Shown here one piece after another: positions 16,372 through 27,883 of a stretch of DNA of 62,238 nt (positions are counted from its first letter, which is position 1; every line of letters starts with the position of its first letter). The notes beneath the pieces are model-generated. The model saw only the letters and a list, made by a program, of their open reading frames with translations, searched no databases and was not told where the DNA came from. Origin of the DNA: Chloroflexota bacterium (GTDB lineage: Bacteria; Chloroflexota; Dehalococcoidia; Lucifugimonadales; UBA3495); contig VXOI01000043.1 of NCBI GenBank assembly GCA_009840175.1, positions 1-62,238 on the forward strand. Direction: 5' to 3'. The translations under genes and the position numbers were made by a program.

Positions 16372-17487
16372 ATGCCTGAAGCCAACACTACCGACCCCAA
16401 CCTCGCCGCCACCGTCCACCACTCCGGCGGCTCCTACCCCGTCGTGGCAGGATGGGACATCCTTGACGGCCTGGGGGAGCGGCTCGCGGACGTGGGCGTC
16501 CGGGGCGCTGCGTACATCATCACCGACGACAACGTCATGAACCCCTACGGGCGGCGGGTGCAGCGGTCGTTGCAGGCTGCCGGGATTCCGGCCCACTGCT
16601 TCATCATCCCGTCTGGCGAGTCCAGCAAGAGCTTCGAGTTGGCCCAGGCCATCTACGGCTGGCTGGCCGAGCGCAAGGCCGAGCGGGGCCACGCCATCGT
16701 CAGCGTCGGCGGCGGCGTGCCCGGCGACCTCGGCGGCTTCGTGGCCGCCACCTACCTGCGCGGCATGGCCTTCGTCCAGGTGCCCACCAGCATGGCCGCC
16801 ATGGTGGACGCCTCCATCGGCGGCAAGGTCGCCATCAACCTGCCCCAGGCCAAGAACCTCGTCGGGGCCTTCTACCAGCCCCGGGGCGTCTTCGCCGACG
16901 CCTCGGCGCTTTCCACCCTGGGCAAGCGGGAGCTGGCCGAGGGCTGGGCCGAAGCCATCAAGCACGGCTTCATCCTCGACGCCGAACTGGTGGACGTGTT
17001 CGAGGAGCACGCCGAGGCCTTGATGGACGTGGACCCCGAAATCTCCGCCGACGTCATCCGCCGCAGCATGGCCATCAAGGCCGAGGTGGTCAGCCAGGAC
17101 GAGCGCGAGACCCTGGGCATACGCATCCTGCTCAACTACGGCCACACCATCGGCCACGCGCTGGAGGCGTCCACCGAATACGGACGATTCCTGCACGGCG
17201 AGGGCGTGTCGGTAGGTATGATGGGTGCGGCCCGCATGGCCGCCGAGATGGGCCTGATGTCGCCCGCCATCGTAGACCGCCAGCAGCGCCTGCTGGAGCG
17301 CTTCAGCCTGCCCATCAGCGCCCCCGGCGTCCCCGCCGAGGACGTGCTGACCGCAATGTCTCTCGACAAGAAGGTACAGTCTGGTACCAACCGCTGGGTC
17401 ATGCTGGAAGACGTGGGCCGCTCCGTAGTCCGCCAGGACGTCCCCTGGGAACTGGTCGAGCGCACAGTGCGTGACCTGACGGGGTAG
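16372..17487 (+). CDS. aroB: 3-dehydroquinate synthase
   Basis: GGGVPGDLGGF, DASIGGK, KNLVGAFYQP, LNYGHTIGHA. Confidence 0.97.
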   Translation: MPEANTTDPNLAATVHHSGGSYPVVAGWDILDGLGERLADVGVRGAAYIITDDNVMNPYGRRVQRSLQAAGIPAHCFIIPSGESSKSFELAQAIYGWLAERKAERGHAIVSVGGGVPGDLGGFVAATYLRGMAFVQVPTSMAAMVDASIGGKVAINLPQAKNLVGAFYQPRGVFADASALSTLGKRELAEGWAEAIKHGFILDAELVDVFEEHAEALMDVDPEISADVIRRSMAIKAEVVSQDERETLGIRILLNYGHTIGHALEASTEYGRFLHGEGVSVGMMGAARMAAEMGLMSPAIVDRQQRLLERFSLPISAPGVPAEDVLTAMSLDKKVQSGTNRWVMLEDVGRSVVRQDVPWELVERTVRDLTG

Positions 17488-17520
17488 GTCTGAACCAACT
17501 GGGATTATTGTTCGGAATCA

Positions 17521-17937
17521 GTGGATATGGATGAAGATAGGGCCCCGATAGAACCTTTCGACGACGATGCGGAATCTGTCGCCGATTACCGGAAACAATC
17601 ACGCGAATTCCTGGACAGGGGACGCGGATACCTGGCGAACGGTGATCTCCACCAGGCTGCGGAAAAGGGCTGGGGAGCCGCAGCCTGGATGGCCAAGGCG
17701 GCAGCGGAAGCGCAGGGCTGGAAATACTCAAGGCACGACGAGTTTTTTACTGTGATGTATAAGGCGCAGGACCTCTCGGGCGATGGGCGGGTTCGCGCCT
17801 TGGGGAATACTGCGAATACCCTGCACGGGTACTATTACACACGTAAGCGGTTCCTCCGTCCCGAAATCATCGGAGCGAGTCTGGACGACATGGAAATGCT
17901 GTTGGACATCCTGCAACCGCTGACGGAAGAAGGATAG
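17521..17937 (+). CDS. PaREP1/HEPN-like protein
   Basis: GDLHQAAEKGWGAAA..AKA.A, H..YY. Confidence 0.7.
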   Translation: MDMDEDRAPIEPFDDDAESVADYRKQSREFLDRGRGYLANGDLHQAAEKGWGAAAWMAKAAAEAQGWKYSRHDEFFTVMYKAQDLSGDGRVRALGNTANTLHGYYYTRKRFLRPEIIGASLDDMEMLLDILQPLTEEG

Positions 17938-17958
17938 GTGGAGAGCACCTCCCTGCCG

Positions 17959-19023
17959 CTAATGTCCCTGCGACTCCTGCCCGCGCTCCCTCGCCCGCGC
18001 CATCAGCCCCAGCAGCAGCAGGCACATCCCGCCGCCGCTGCCCAGCAGCACCGTCGAGGCTACGGCTGACAGAAAGCCTGCCCCCGGCACCGCCTGCGAC
18101 ACTTCCTCCAGCGCTACTGCCACTGCCCCCGTCAGTATCAGCAGCCCGTAGAGGAAGCGGATGCGCGACGGCTCTATGCGGCGGGTGGCGCTAGCCCCAA
18201 GCTGCGAACCGATGGATGCCGCCGCCAGCATCAGCACCGCCATCATCGGGTCTACACGGTCCGACAGGGCATAGGCGAAACTCCCCACCGAGCCGGTTAT
18301 GATTATCTGGAACAGGTCGGTGCCTATGGCTATGGTGGTGGGGATGCCCAGCACGAAGATGAGCACCGGCATCAGTATGAACCCGCCGCCCGCGCCCAGC
18401 ATCCCGGCGATGAACCCGATGCCGAAGCCAATGCCCATCGGCACGAAGACCGATATGCGCTCTATCCCCGAAACCGGAAGCGAAACATAGGTTTCGACCC
18501 GCCCCACGCCCGGAATCCCGATCCAGTGCGGCGGGATCCGCAGCGACCGCACCCGGTGCGTCAAGGCAAGGGTCGAGATCTGCTCGGACCCTCCCCCTCT
18601 GCGCTGTGAACGCATGGGGCTGATCCGCCAGTAGTCGTACAGGATGAACAGCCCCAGTACCGACAGGAACCCCACGTAAACGTAGCGGATTACCGGCCCG
18701 GCGATGCCCGCGGCTTCCAGTCCCGAGTTGACCCACTCCGCCAGGAAAATGGCAGGTATGGTGCCGGTCACCATCAGCGCGCCCAGTTTGAAGTCCACGT
18801 TGCCCAGGCTGCGGTGCTTGAAGGTGTTGATGATGGAGGTTCCCATCACCAGCGTCAGCCCGGTGCCCACGGCGTAAACCGGCGGCACTCCGAACACCAG
18901 CAGCCCGCCGGTGATGAGGAACCCGCCGCCCACGCCGAAGAACCCGCCCAGCATCCCAACGATAACGCCGAGGAACACCAGCAGGGCTGGGTGAACCACA
19001 ACGTCGGCGTTAGGGAAGTACAT
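17959..19023 (-). CDS. TauE/SafE sulfite exporter family
   Basis: GFFGVGGGF and GAGGGFILMP repeats, AVGT, multiple TM segments. Confidence 0.9.
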   Translation of the reverse strand: MYFPNADVVVHPALLVFLGVIVGMLGGFFGVGGGFLITGGLLVFGVPPVYAVGTGLTLVMGTSIINTFKHRSLGNVDFKLGALMVTGTIPAIFLAEWVNSGLEAAGIAGPVIRYVYVGFLSVLGLFILYDYWRISPMRSQRRGGGSEQISTLALTHRVRSLRIPPHWIGIPGVGRVETYVSLPVSGIERISVFVPMGIGFGIGFIAGMLGAGGGFILMPVLIFVLGIPTTIAIGTDLFQIIITGSVGSFAYALSDRVDPMMAVLMLAAASIGSQLGASATRRIEPSRIRFLYGLLILTGAVAVALEEVSQAVPGAGFLSAVASTVLLGSGGGMCLLLLGLMARARERGQESQGH

Positions 19024-19195
19024 CGTCCCCTTCCGCCGCCGGTCTGCGGCTTAGTCCACGCAGAGCCGCGGCTAGGCGGAAGAACCCGCCCCAGAACAGG
19101 GTCAGCGACACCGCAACGACGGCCATCACCCCCAATACGAACACCGCCCATATCAGGGGCTGGCCGGAACTGAGACCTGTAAGAAATTCGTTCAT
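19010..19195 (-). CDS. Small membrane protein
   Basis: 61 aa, one long hydrophobic helix, overlaps TauE start. Confidence 0.55.
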   Translation of the reverse strand: MNEFLTGLSSGQPLIWAVFVLGVMAVVAVSLTLFWGGFFRLAAALRGLSRRPAAEGDDVLP

Positions 19196-19223
19196 ATCCG
19201 CGCTGGGCTATACTGAAACGTGA

Positions 19224-20447
<1,224 letters not shown>

Positions 20448-20449
20448 TA

Positions 20450-20518
20450 ACCACAGAGAACACAGAGGCCACAGAGAGAAAAATTAAACCCCTCCGTGGC
20501 CTCTGTGTTCTCTGTGGT
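20450..20518. repeat. ACCACAGAG 9-bp-periodic inverted repeat between convergent genes (possible bidirectional terminator)
   Basis: 27-bp arms; second copy 34481-34564. Confidence 0.8.
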
Positions 20519-20537
20519 GAACTAAATTCAGAGCTTA

Positions 20538-20816
20538 TCAGCAGCCGCCGGCCACCGCCGGAACGATGCTAACTTCGTCGCCGGAACTGGTGGCGGTGTC
20601 CAGCCCGTCCAGGAACCGCACGTCCTCGCCGTTCAGGTAGATGTTGACGAAGTAGCGCAGTTCGCCCTCCTCGTCCAGCAGGCGGTCCTTGAATCCGGGG
20701 TAAGCGCCCTCCAACTCTTCAACCATCGCGCCCAGGTTGCCGGACTCCACTTCCACCTTATCCTTTCCGCCGGTCATCCGCCGCAGCGGGGTAGGGATAC
20801 GGACCACAACGCTCAT
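20538..20816 (-). CDS. MoaD/ThiS/CysO-like sulfur carrier protein
   Basis: RIPTPLR, FVNIYLNGEDVR, IVPAVAGG-C. Confidence 0.9.
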   Translation of the reverse strand: MSVVVRIPTPLRRMTGGKDKVEVESGNLGAMVEELEGAYPGFKDRLLDEEGELRYFVNIYLNGEDVRFLDGLDTATSSGDEVSIVPAVAGGC

Positions 20817-20890
20817 CAGGGAAACTCCTTGCTAAATAACCGAAACGTAATGTCTAAAATACCTTCCGACATTCGCAGCGTTTAAGCTGG

Positions 20891-22171
20891 CTAACCGTTA
20901 AACGCCGCCTCGAACGAACTTATCGTCGGCTTGATGGTCAGCGGGTTGACCACCTCGTCTTCCACCGCTTCCTGAGTCTTCAGGCCGTTGCCGGTGATGT
21001 AGACCACGGTCAGCTCGTCCGGCCCGATGGCGCCCTTCTCCGCCAGGTGGGCCAGCGCCGACACCGTGACGCCGCCGGCTGTCTCGGTGAAAATGCCCTC
21101 CGTCTCGGCCAGCAGCCGGATGCCGCTGACAATCTGGTCCTCCGGTACCGCGTAGGCTGAGCCGCCGGAGTTGTTGATGACCCGCAGCGAGTAGATGCCG
21201 TCCGCCGGGTTGCCGATGGCCAGCGACTTGGCCAGGCTGTCGGGCCGCACTGGCGTGATTCGCGCTTCGTCGTTGTCCCACGCGCTGACGATGGGCGAGC
21301 AGCCCTCGGCCTGCGCCATGTGCATCTGCGTGGTGACCGCCGGATGATGCACCGTGTTCTGGTCCGGGCCGAAGGAACTGGCCTCAACGCCGTCCAGCAG
21401 GCCCAGGCAGGCCAGCTCGTTGAAGCCCTTCCATATCTTGGTGAACATCGCCCCCGAGGCCGAAGGTACCACCACGTGGTCGGGCAGACGCCAGCCGAGC
21501 TGCTCCGCCACCTCGTAGCCCAGGGTCTTGCTGCCCTCGGCATAGTAGGGGCGCATATTGATGTTGACGAAGGCCCACCTGTAATCGTCGTTGTCGGCCA
21601 GCTCGCTGCACAGGCGGTTCACCTGGTCGTAGGTGCCGTCCACGGCCACCAGCGTCGGGCCGTAAATCGCCGCGCCAACAACCTTGCCGCGCTCCAGGTC
21701 GGCGGGAATGAACACCACGGCGCGCATACCGGCGCGGGCGGCATGGGCCGCGACGCTGCACGCCAGGTTGCCGGTGGAGGCACAGGAAATCGTCTCGAAG
21801 CCGAACTCTCTCGCCTTCGTGGCCGCCACCGACACCACTCGGTCCTTGAAGGAAAACGACGGGTTTACGCTGTCGTTCTTGATGTAGAGATTGTTCAGGC
21901 CCAGCCGCTTGCCCAGGTTGTCTGCCTTGAGCAACGGGGTGTAGCCCGCCATGATGTCCACCGGGTTGTCGCTGTCGGCGGGCAGCAGGTCGCCGTAGCG
22001 CCAGATGCTCAACGGCCCGGCTTCGATGCGGTCCCGGCTAACCACCTCCGAGATGGTGGCATAGTCGTAGACCACTTCCATCGGGCCGAAGCAGAAATCA
22101 CAGACATTCACGGGAGAGGCGGGCTGCTCGCGCCCGCACTCGCGGCACTTGAGACCACTTACGAAAGCCAC
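20891..22171 (-). CDS. thrC: Threonine synthase (PLP) with N-terminal Zn finger
   Basis: CRECG..CDFC, NPSFSFKDR, ASTGN, EGSKT, ITGNGLK; GTG start inferred. Confidence 0.88.
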   Translation of the reverse strand: MAFVSGLKCRECGREQPASPVNVCDFCFGPMEVVYDYATISEVVSRDRIEAGPLSIWRYGDLLPADSDNPVDIMAGYTPLLKADNLGKRLGLNNLYIKNDSVNPSFSFKDRVVSVAATKAREFGFETISCASTGNLACSVAAHAARAGMRAVVFIPADLERGKVVGAAIYGPTLVAVDGTYDQVNRLCSELADNDDYRWAFVNINMRPYYAEGSKTLGYEVAEQLGWRLPDHVVVPSASGAMFTKIWKGFNELACLGLLDGVEASSFGPDQNTVHHPAVTTQMHMAQAEGCSPIVSAWDNDEARITPVRPDSLAKSLAIGNPADGIYSLRVINNSGGSAYAVPEDQIVSGIRLLAETEGIFTETAGGVTVSALAHLAEKGAIGPDELTVVYITGNGLKTQEAVEDEVVNPLTIKPTISSFEAAFNG

Positions 22172-22264
22172 TGAACCAGGTTCCTCCACCCAGAGTAAAA
22201 CGACAATCCCGCCCACGGCAGGCAAAGAAAAACACCCGGCGCTGATAGCCCCAAGCTGCCGCCG

Positions 22265-22293
22265 ATGGTAGCAAAGCCCCCACTTATTGTCAA
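22265..22293 (-). promoter_or_regulatory. sigma70-type promoter for thrC-moaD
   Basis: Minus strand TTGACA-N17-TACCAT. Confidence 0.7.
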
Positions 22294-22705
22294 TCGGATT
22301 GCCGCCCGGTCATAGCGTTCCAATCTAGGCGCTTTGCCCAGCTCACCCCCCGTCATTCCCCCCTTCGCAGGACTCCAACCCCCTATCTACCACCCACAGA
22401 ACCCGCCTGAACCGGAACGCTGCCGCCCCCAACGGAGCAATCGTGCCTTCAAGTTCATCTGGGTCTGCACTGAGTCTGTCGAAGGGGCTTGTCCTCATTT
22501 TGCTGACACTCGCGCCTTGCCAAGTCCGGTGACACCTCTCTAACATCTATTACGGATGGCAGGAATGGGGCGCTTTGGGGAAGTGTCCCAAACGGGGGAT
22601 GGCGAAAGATAGGACAAGATGGACACTTTTAGTAGAGGTGTCCGGCCCGCTGGAAGGCTCGATCTCCCTGGTTCTTCCCGAACCGGAGAGCAACCAGTTA
22701 TAGCT

Positions 22706-22739
22706 GAAATGACCGGAAATGACCGGAAATGACTGGAAA
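22706..22739. repeat. Tandem 10-bp direct repeat x3
   Basis: GAAATGACCG GAAATGACCG GAAATGACTG. Confidence 0.8.
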
Positions 22740-23068
22740 ACAATTTTTTTTGCCCACGGTCCCGGCAATAGCGCGGCCCGGCGGGCCACTGGCCGTTGCA
22801 ATCGGCATCTTTCAACAGGCTCAGTATGGAGGACGCCCAGCAAGTTCTGAAACCTTGGTGTGGTCTCTTGTCTGAAGCAAAAGTCGCAGGATCAAACAAT
22901 GGAGTCCAGTCAGCGAAATCCCAAAGTCAAACGAATCACAGTTCAGACAATCCCTCAGTATAGACGCTTGACCACGGCCGCAGGGCCAACGCCGCAACAT
23001 CATTGAAACATTCGCAACCACAGGGGTAGAATGGGCCTTTCTACGCGCATCCACCCCGGCAGCGGCTT

Positions 23069-24484
23069 TTGATGCTTAGATTCGGACTGCGACCCGAGGG
23101 ACTGGTTGTCGGAAACCGTCGTATCCACTACGCCTTCGTCATCGTGGCCGTGGCGACGGTTATGTGGATGACCAGTTCCAGTATGCGCTTCGCCGTGGCC
23201 ATCCTGGTTCCTCAGATGACGGACCTGTTCGGCTGGAGCATCGGCTTCATCACCCTCGGCTTCACCATACAGTGGATGCTGTCCGCCGCCCTCAGTCCTA
23301 TCTGCGGCTGGCTCAGCGACCGTTACGGCGTGCGCCGCGTAATGTGGGCCGGAGGCCTCCTGTTCATGGCCGGCATGGTGCTGACCGGCATCATGACCCA
23401 GCTTTGGGAGTTCTACCTCTACTTCGGCCTGTTGCTGGCCGCCGGTATGGCCTCCTTCCAGGTAACTTTGGTTTCCGGCGTCACCCTCTGGTTCCGCCGG
23501 AACCTCGGCCTGATTATGGGCGTATTGCAGGGACTTCAGGGCCTCGGCACGGGACTGGCCATCCTCATGGTGTACCTGCTGTTCGACCGGTACGGCTGGC
23601 AGGTCACCTTCTGGGTGCCCGGAATCGCTGGAGGAATCATCCTCCTGGCCCTGACCAGGTGGTTCTACAACGAGCCGGCTGACCGGGGCTTGACCCAGTG
23701 GGGCGCGCCCGCCAACGAGCCGGTGCGCCGGTTGCAGAACAACGCCGTCGCCAAGCTCCGCACCAACGTCTTCCTCAAGCAGGTGCAGAAGACCTTCGCC
23801 TTCTGGAACCTGGCGACCATTCATGGCCTCGGATGCGCCGGACACAACATCATTCTGATCCTGCTGGTGGCCATCGCCATTGAGGATGGCATTTCCGATG
23901 GCATGGCGGCCATGATCTACCTGTCCCTCACCGTGGTCAGCACCTTGACCCGCTTCGCCGTCCCCGTCCTGGCCGACATCATCGGCAGCAAGTGGGTCAT
24001 GAGCGTCTGCTTCGGGTTGCAGACCCTTCCCATCCTGATCCTGTTCGTAGCTGGCGACAGTGTTCCTCTCTACTTCCTGTTCGCCGTGCTGTTCGGCATC
24101 GGCATGGGCGGCGAAATGACCGCCTTCCCCATAATCAACCGCCAGTATTATGCCGACGCCCCCACCGCCACCGCCTACGGATGGCAGATGATGGGCGCGG
24201 GCTTCGGCATGGCCCTCGGCCCGGTGGCCGCGGGCTTCCTCCGCGACATCACTGGCGCATACATCTGGCCTCTCTGGCTGTCCTTCGGTCTCAGCGTCCT
24301 GGCGGTTGTCGCCATCATGTTCCTGCCCAGCACTAGGCACCTCCAGTTGCCCGATTGGGAAGAGGCCCTCCCACCGGAGGCCAGAGGCAACGTCGGCAGA
24401 GCAGGGGCGACTCCTGAACCTGCCGCGGCCCCCTCCCAGCCTGCCGCTCCCGCAGGCGCCACCGGCGATGGCGATGGAGACTAG
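23069..24484 (+). CDS. MFS transporter
   Basis: GWLSDRYGVRR motif A, ~12 TM segments. Confidence 0.92.
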   Translation: MMLRFGLRPEGLVVGNRRIHYAFVIVAVATVMWMTSSSMRFAVAILVPQMTDLFGWSIGFITLGFTIQWMLSAALSPICGWLSDRYGVRRVMWAGGLLFMAGMVLTGIMTQLWEFYLYFGLLLAAGMASFQVTLVSGVTLWFRRNLGLIMGVLQGLQGLGTGLAILMVYLLFDRYGWQVTFWVPGIAGGIILLALTRWFYNEPADRGLTQWGAPANEPVRRLQNNAVAKLRTNVFLKQVQKTFAFWNLATIHGLGCAGHNIILILLVAIAIEDGISDGMAAMIYLSLTVVSTLTRFAVPVLADIIGSKWVMSVCFGLQTLPILILFVAGDSVPLYFLFAVLFGIGMGGEMTAFPIINRQYYADAPTATAYGWQMMGAGFGMALGPVAAGFLRDITGAYIWPLWLSFGLSVLAVVAIMFLPSTRHLQLPDWEEALPPEARGNVGRAGATPEPAAAPSQPAAPAGATGDGDGD

Positions 24485-24500
24485 CCTATGTCCTCTGAAA

Positions 24501-24535
24501 TCCCCTCTCCCTCCGGGGGAGGGTTAGGGTGGGGG
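24501..24535. repeat. Family A palindromic repeat
   Basis: TCCCCTCTCCCTCCGGGGGAGGGTTAGGGTGGGGG. Confidence 0.8.
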
Positions 24536-24540
24536 CGTAA

Positions 24541-25251
24541 TTGTCCGGCCTGACCATCTCGGCAACGGAGCTGGGCAGCTATGCCAGCTTCCGGTTTTGC
24601 GGACGCTGCGCCTGGATACGTCTGCACGTCAAGCCCCTGCCCTGGCAGAGTTTCCCAGGCATCTTCAGCAGCATTGACCGCTACACCAAGCAGATCGTGG
24701 TCAACCACCTGGCCCGCGAGGGGTGCCTGCCCTCATGGATGGCAGAAATCGGCGACGCCGTGACCAGCTTGGACCCGCCCCACTGGTCCAGGTTCAAGGC
24801 AACCGACGACGCGACGGGCGCAACCCTGCGAGGCGAGGCCGACGCCATGTTCAGGCTGGCTGACGGCGCCTGCGCCATCGTGGACTACAAGACCTCACGA
24901 TACAACCCGGAGAACCAAAGCCAGCACCGAGTCTATCGCGCCCAGCTCAACGCCTATGCCTGGATCGCCCAGCGCCTCGACTTCCCGCCGGTATCCCGGC
25001 TGGCCCTGATATACATGGAACCCGCCAGCGATTCCGAAACGGCGGACGCCCCGGAAGTGGTGGACGACTCAGGCTTTGTCTTGGGCTTCCGACCCAGGGT
25101 GGTAGAGGTGAAACTGGACCTCAACCGCCTGATTCCCCCGCTGCTGCGTCAGGCCGCCCGCACCCACGCGATGCCGCACCCGCCGCCGCCCCGCGAAGGC
25201 TGCAAGGACTGCGCGGCTCTGGATGCCCTGCGGAACACGCTGACCGGGTAG
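24541..25251 (+). CDS. PD-(D/E)XK nuclease, RecB/Cas4-like
   Basis: RGEAD, IVDYKT, QLNAY, CGRC and CKDC. Confidence 0.85.
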   Translation: MSGLTISATELGSYASFRFCGRCAWIRLHVKPLPWQSFPGIFSSIDRYTKQIVVNHLAREGCLPSWMAEIGDAVTSLDPPHWSRFKATDDATGATLRGEADAMFRLADGACAIVDYKTSRYNPENQSQHRVYRAQLNAYAWIAQRLDFPPVSRLALIYMEPASDSETADAPEVVDDSGFVLGFRPRVVEVKLDLNRLIPPLLRQAARTHAMPHPPPPREGCKDCAALDALRNTLTG

Positions 25252-25281
25252 ACCCCTGCCACTCAGTGGGCACGGAATGGT

Positions 25282-26049
25282 CTAAAGGGCAGCCTTCACC
25301 TTCTTCAGGAAGTCTTCGCCGCCTATGCGAAGGAGGCCCCAGGCGGATACGGTAACGAAGTTGGCCCCCTGCCTGACGAACTCGGCGACTCCGGCGGTGT
25401 CGGCAGGGTTGTTGCCGCCCACTCCGCAGCCCTTGCCGCCCGCGCGGACGCGGGGAATGACCTCGCTCATCACCCGGCGCACTTCCGCGGTTCCGGGGTT
25501 GCCCATGCTCTGCCCCAGGTCTGAGGCTGCGACGTGGAGCACGTCGGCCCCGGAAACCTGGAGGATGTCGTCCAGGTTGCCCACGGCCTCGACGTCTTCA
25601 ACCATTGGAATCACGAGCACCTGCGAGTTGACCCAGGACGTCCCTTCCTCCCGGCTGACGCCGATGCCGTAGTCCTGCGCCCGGCCTCCGCCCATGCCCC
25701 GGTAGCCGTCGGGGTAGTAGCGGGCGGCGCGCGCGATGGCGGCGGCCTGCTCGCCGGTGTTGACGTGAGGCACAATGATCCCCTCCAACCCCCGGTCGAG
25801 ATAGCGCAGTATGGTAGCGTCGGCGTGGTCGGGAATGCGGGCGATGGGCGTGATGCCGAAGGACTCGGCGGCCCGAACCATGTGCTCCACCTGGTCCAGG
25901 TCTGCCGGGCCGTGCTCGCAGTCAATCATCACGAAGTCGTAGCCGAGAGCGCCGAAGATCTCCACCATGTCGGGCGCGTAACGGGTGATGATGGCCCCGA
26001 ACACGACTCCGCCTTCCTTCAGCTTGGCCTTGGTGGTGTTGGTGCGCAT
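25282..26049 (-). CDS. HpcH/HpaI aldolase family
   Basis: GYDFVMIDCEHG, IIVPHV, PMVED. Confidence 0.9.
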   Translation of the reverse strand: MRTNTTKAKLKEGGVVFGAIITRYAPDMVEIFGALGYDFVMIDCEHGPADLDQVEHMVRAAESFGITPIARIPDHADATILRYLDRGLEGIIVPHVNTGEQAAAIARAARYYPDGYRGMGGGRAQDYGIGVSREEGTSWVNSQVLVIPMVEDVEAVGNLDDILQVSGADVLHVAASDLGQSMGNPGTAEVRRVMSEVIPRVRAGGKGCGVGGNNPADTAGVAEFVRQGANFVTVSAWGLLRIGGEDFLKKVKAAL

Positions 26050-26107
26050 TGCGTTTCCTCTTGCCTGAAATCAACCTGAACGGACGGATGCCCCGACGAG
26101 TCGGGGC

Positions 26108-27778
26108 TTACAACGACCCGTCAATCACCATATCCAGCAAGGCGGGTTTGCCGGAGGCCACGGCCCGGTCCACGGCGGGCTTGATCTGCGAAGGGTCGGT
26201 GATGCGCTCGCCGTGAACCCCCATGCTATTGGCGATGGCGGCCATGTCGAAGGGCGTGGCGAAGTCGGAGTACATCAGCCTTCCGCCAGAGGTCTCGGGC
26301 AGCTCCAGGATTTCCTCCTGGTAGACGTTGAAGTTGACCTTCAGCACTCGGTAGCTGCCGTTGTTGCAGATGACAAAGACGCAGGGGATGTTGTCGTTGG
26401 CCGCAGTCCACAACCCTTGCACGGTCATCATGGCGCTGCCGTCGCCGATGATGCCGAACACCGGGCGGTTGGGGTAGGCGCACTGCGTCCCCATGGTCGC
26501 CCCGATGCCGCCGCCGATGGACTGGCCCCGCACGCCCCGAAGGTCGCCGCGCTCCCTGGCCTGGAAGTAGTGGCGCATGGTGCCCCGGTTGCTGATGGAA
26601 TCGTCCACGACGATGGCGTTGTCGGGCAGGGCGGCGGACAGCTCTGACATCATGCGGGCCGGGGTCATGGGCTTGTGGTCCCACTTCTCCGCCACCGACT
26701 CCTCGAATGCTTCCCGCCTGCGCTGTCTCTCGGCCGTCACCGCCTGTTTGCGCTCCTCGATTTCCGGCATATCGCCGGGGGAGAGCCGCTCCTTCAGCGC
26801 CGCAATCAGGTCGGTCAGGGCCAGCCCGCAGTGCCCCACGATGCCGACGTCGGTGGGTTCCGAGCGCCCTATCTTCGAGGCGTCGGAGTCTATGTGTATC
26901 AGCTTGGCTTCCGGTGGCAGGATAACGTCGCCCCAATAGAAGAGTTCCTCGAAGGGGTCGGAGCCCACTGCCAGCACGGTGTCAACCCGCTGGAGGGCGG
27001 CCCGCTGGGCCGAAACCCGCAGGGAGAGCGGCCCCATATACTGCGGATGCGTTGTAGGGAAGGCCACCTCTGCGCCCCGGGCCTGGTAGACGGGGAGACC
27101 CATCAGCTCCGCCAGCTCGACGGCCTTTTCAACAGCGCCGTCGTCGGATAGCCGGTCGCCCACCAGCATCAGGGGACGGCTTGCGTCCATCATCAGGGAG
27201 GCCGCCTGCGCAATGCCCTCCGCGCTGGGGCGGGAAGCGTCGTAAACGGGGCGGGAGGGCGCGATGTTCATTTCGGCCATCCCTTCCAGGGCGTTGGAGG
27301 TGAAGCCGACGTAGACCGGGCCCTTGGGGTGAGTGTTGGCTTCGTTGAAAGCCCGACGGATGACGCTGGGTATCTGGTCGGGAAGGGTCAGCTCCGTGGC
27401 CCACTTGGTCACGGGGCGGACGAGATTGGCCAGGTCGGTGATGGTCTCGTTGACCTTCCGGGCGTCGTAATTGGCGGAGGTCACCACCATGGGGGTGCCG
27501 GTGTTCAGGGCGTCCAGCATGAGGGCGATTCCGTTGGCCAATCCGCTGTCCACGTGGAGGCTGACGAAGGACGCCTTGCCGATGGCCCGGGCGTAGGCTT
27601 CGCCCATTCCCACCGCGACGCTTTCCTGGAGGGTGAGGATGTATCGGAACTCCGGGTAATCGCCCAGCAGGTCAATTATCGGCCCCTCGCTGGTGCCGGG
27701 GTTGCCGAAGATGTAGTCAACCCCCTCGGCCTTGAGCATCTCCAGTAGGGCCTGCTTGCCGGTCATCATCTGGGACAT
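26108..27778 (-). CDS. TPP-binding enzyme (benzoylformate decarboxylase-like)
   Basis: IFGNPGTSE, LQES, GDGSAM...NNGSY. Confidence 0.9.
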   Translation of the reverse strand: MSQMMTGKQALLEMLKAEGVDYIFGNPGTSEGPIIDLLGDYPEFRYILTLQESVAVGMGEAYARAIGKASFVSLHVDSGLANGIALMLDALNTGTPMVVTSANYDARKVNETITDLANLVRPVTKWATELTLPDQIPSVIRRAFNEANTHPKGPVYVGFTSNALEGMAEMNIAPSRPVYDASRPSAEGIAQAASLMMDASRPLMLVGDRLSDDGAVEKAVELAELMGLPVYQARGAEVAFPTTHPQYMGPLSLRVSAQRAALQRVDTVLAVGSDPFEELFYWGDVILPPEAKLIHIDSDASKIGRSEPTDVGIVGHCGLALTDLIAALKERLSPGDMPEIEERKQAVTAERQRRREAFEESVAEKWDHKPMTPARMMSELSAALPDNAIVVDDSISNRGTMRHYFQARERGDLRGVRGQSIGGGIGATMGTQCAYPNRPVFGIIGDGSAMMTVQGLWTAANDNIPCVFVICNNGSYRVLKVNFNVYQEEILELPETSGGRLMYSDFATPFDMAAIANSMGVHGERITDPSQIKPAVDRAVASGKPALLDMVIDGSL

Positions 27779-27883
27779 GGACGCCTCCCACGGTGCGCTG
27801 CTCAGTGGAATGAACTGAGAGTAGCAGAAATCTCAGGCCATTCTACAACAATCGGCAGACCGCAACCCGAAAGCCCACAGGCT

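Noticed and set aside
22172-22260. Riboswitch or T-box upstream of thrC
   Set aside because: Leader of ~90 nt with no recognisable SAM, T-box or Moco consensus
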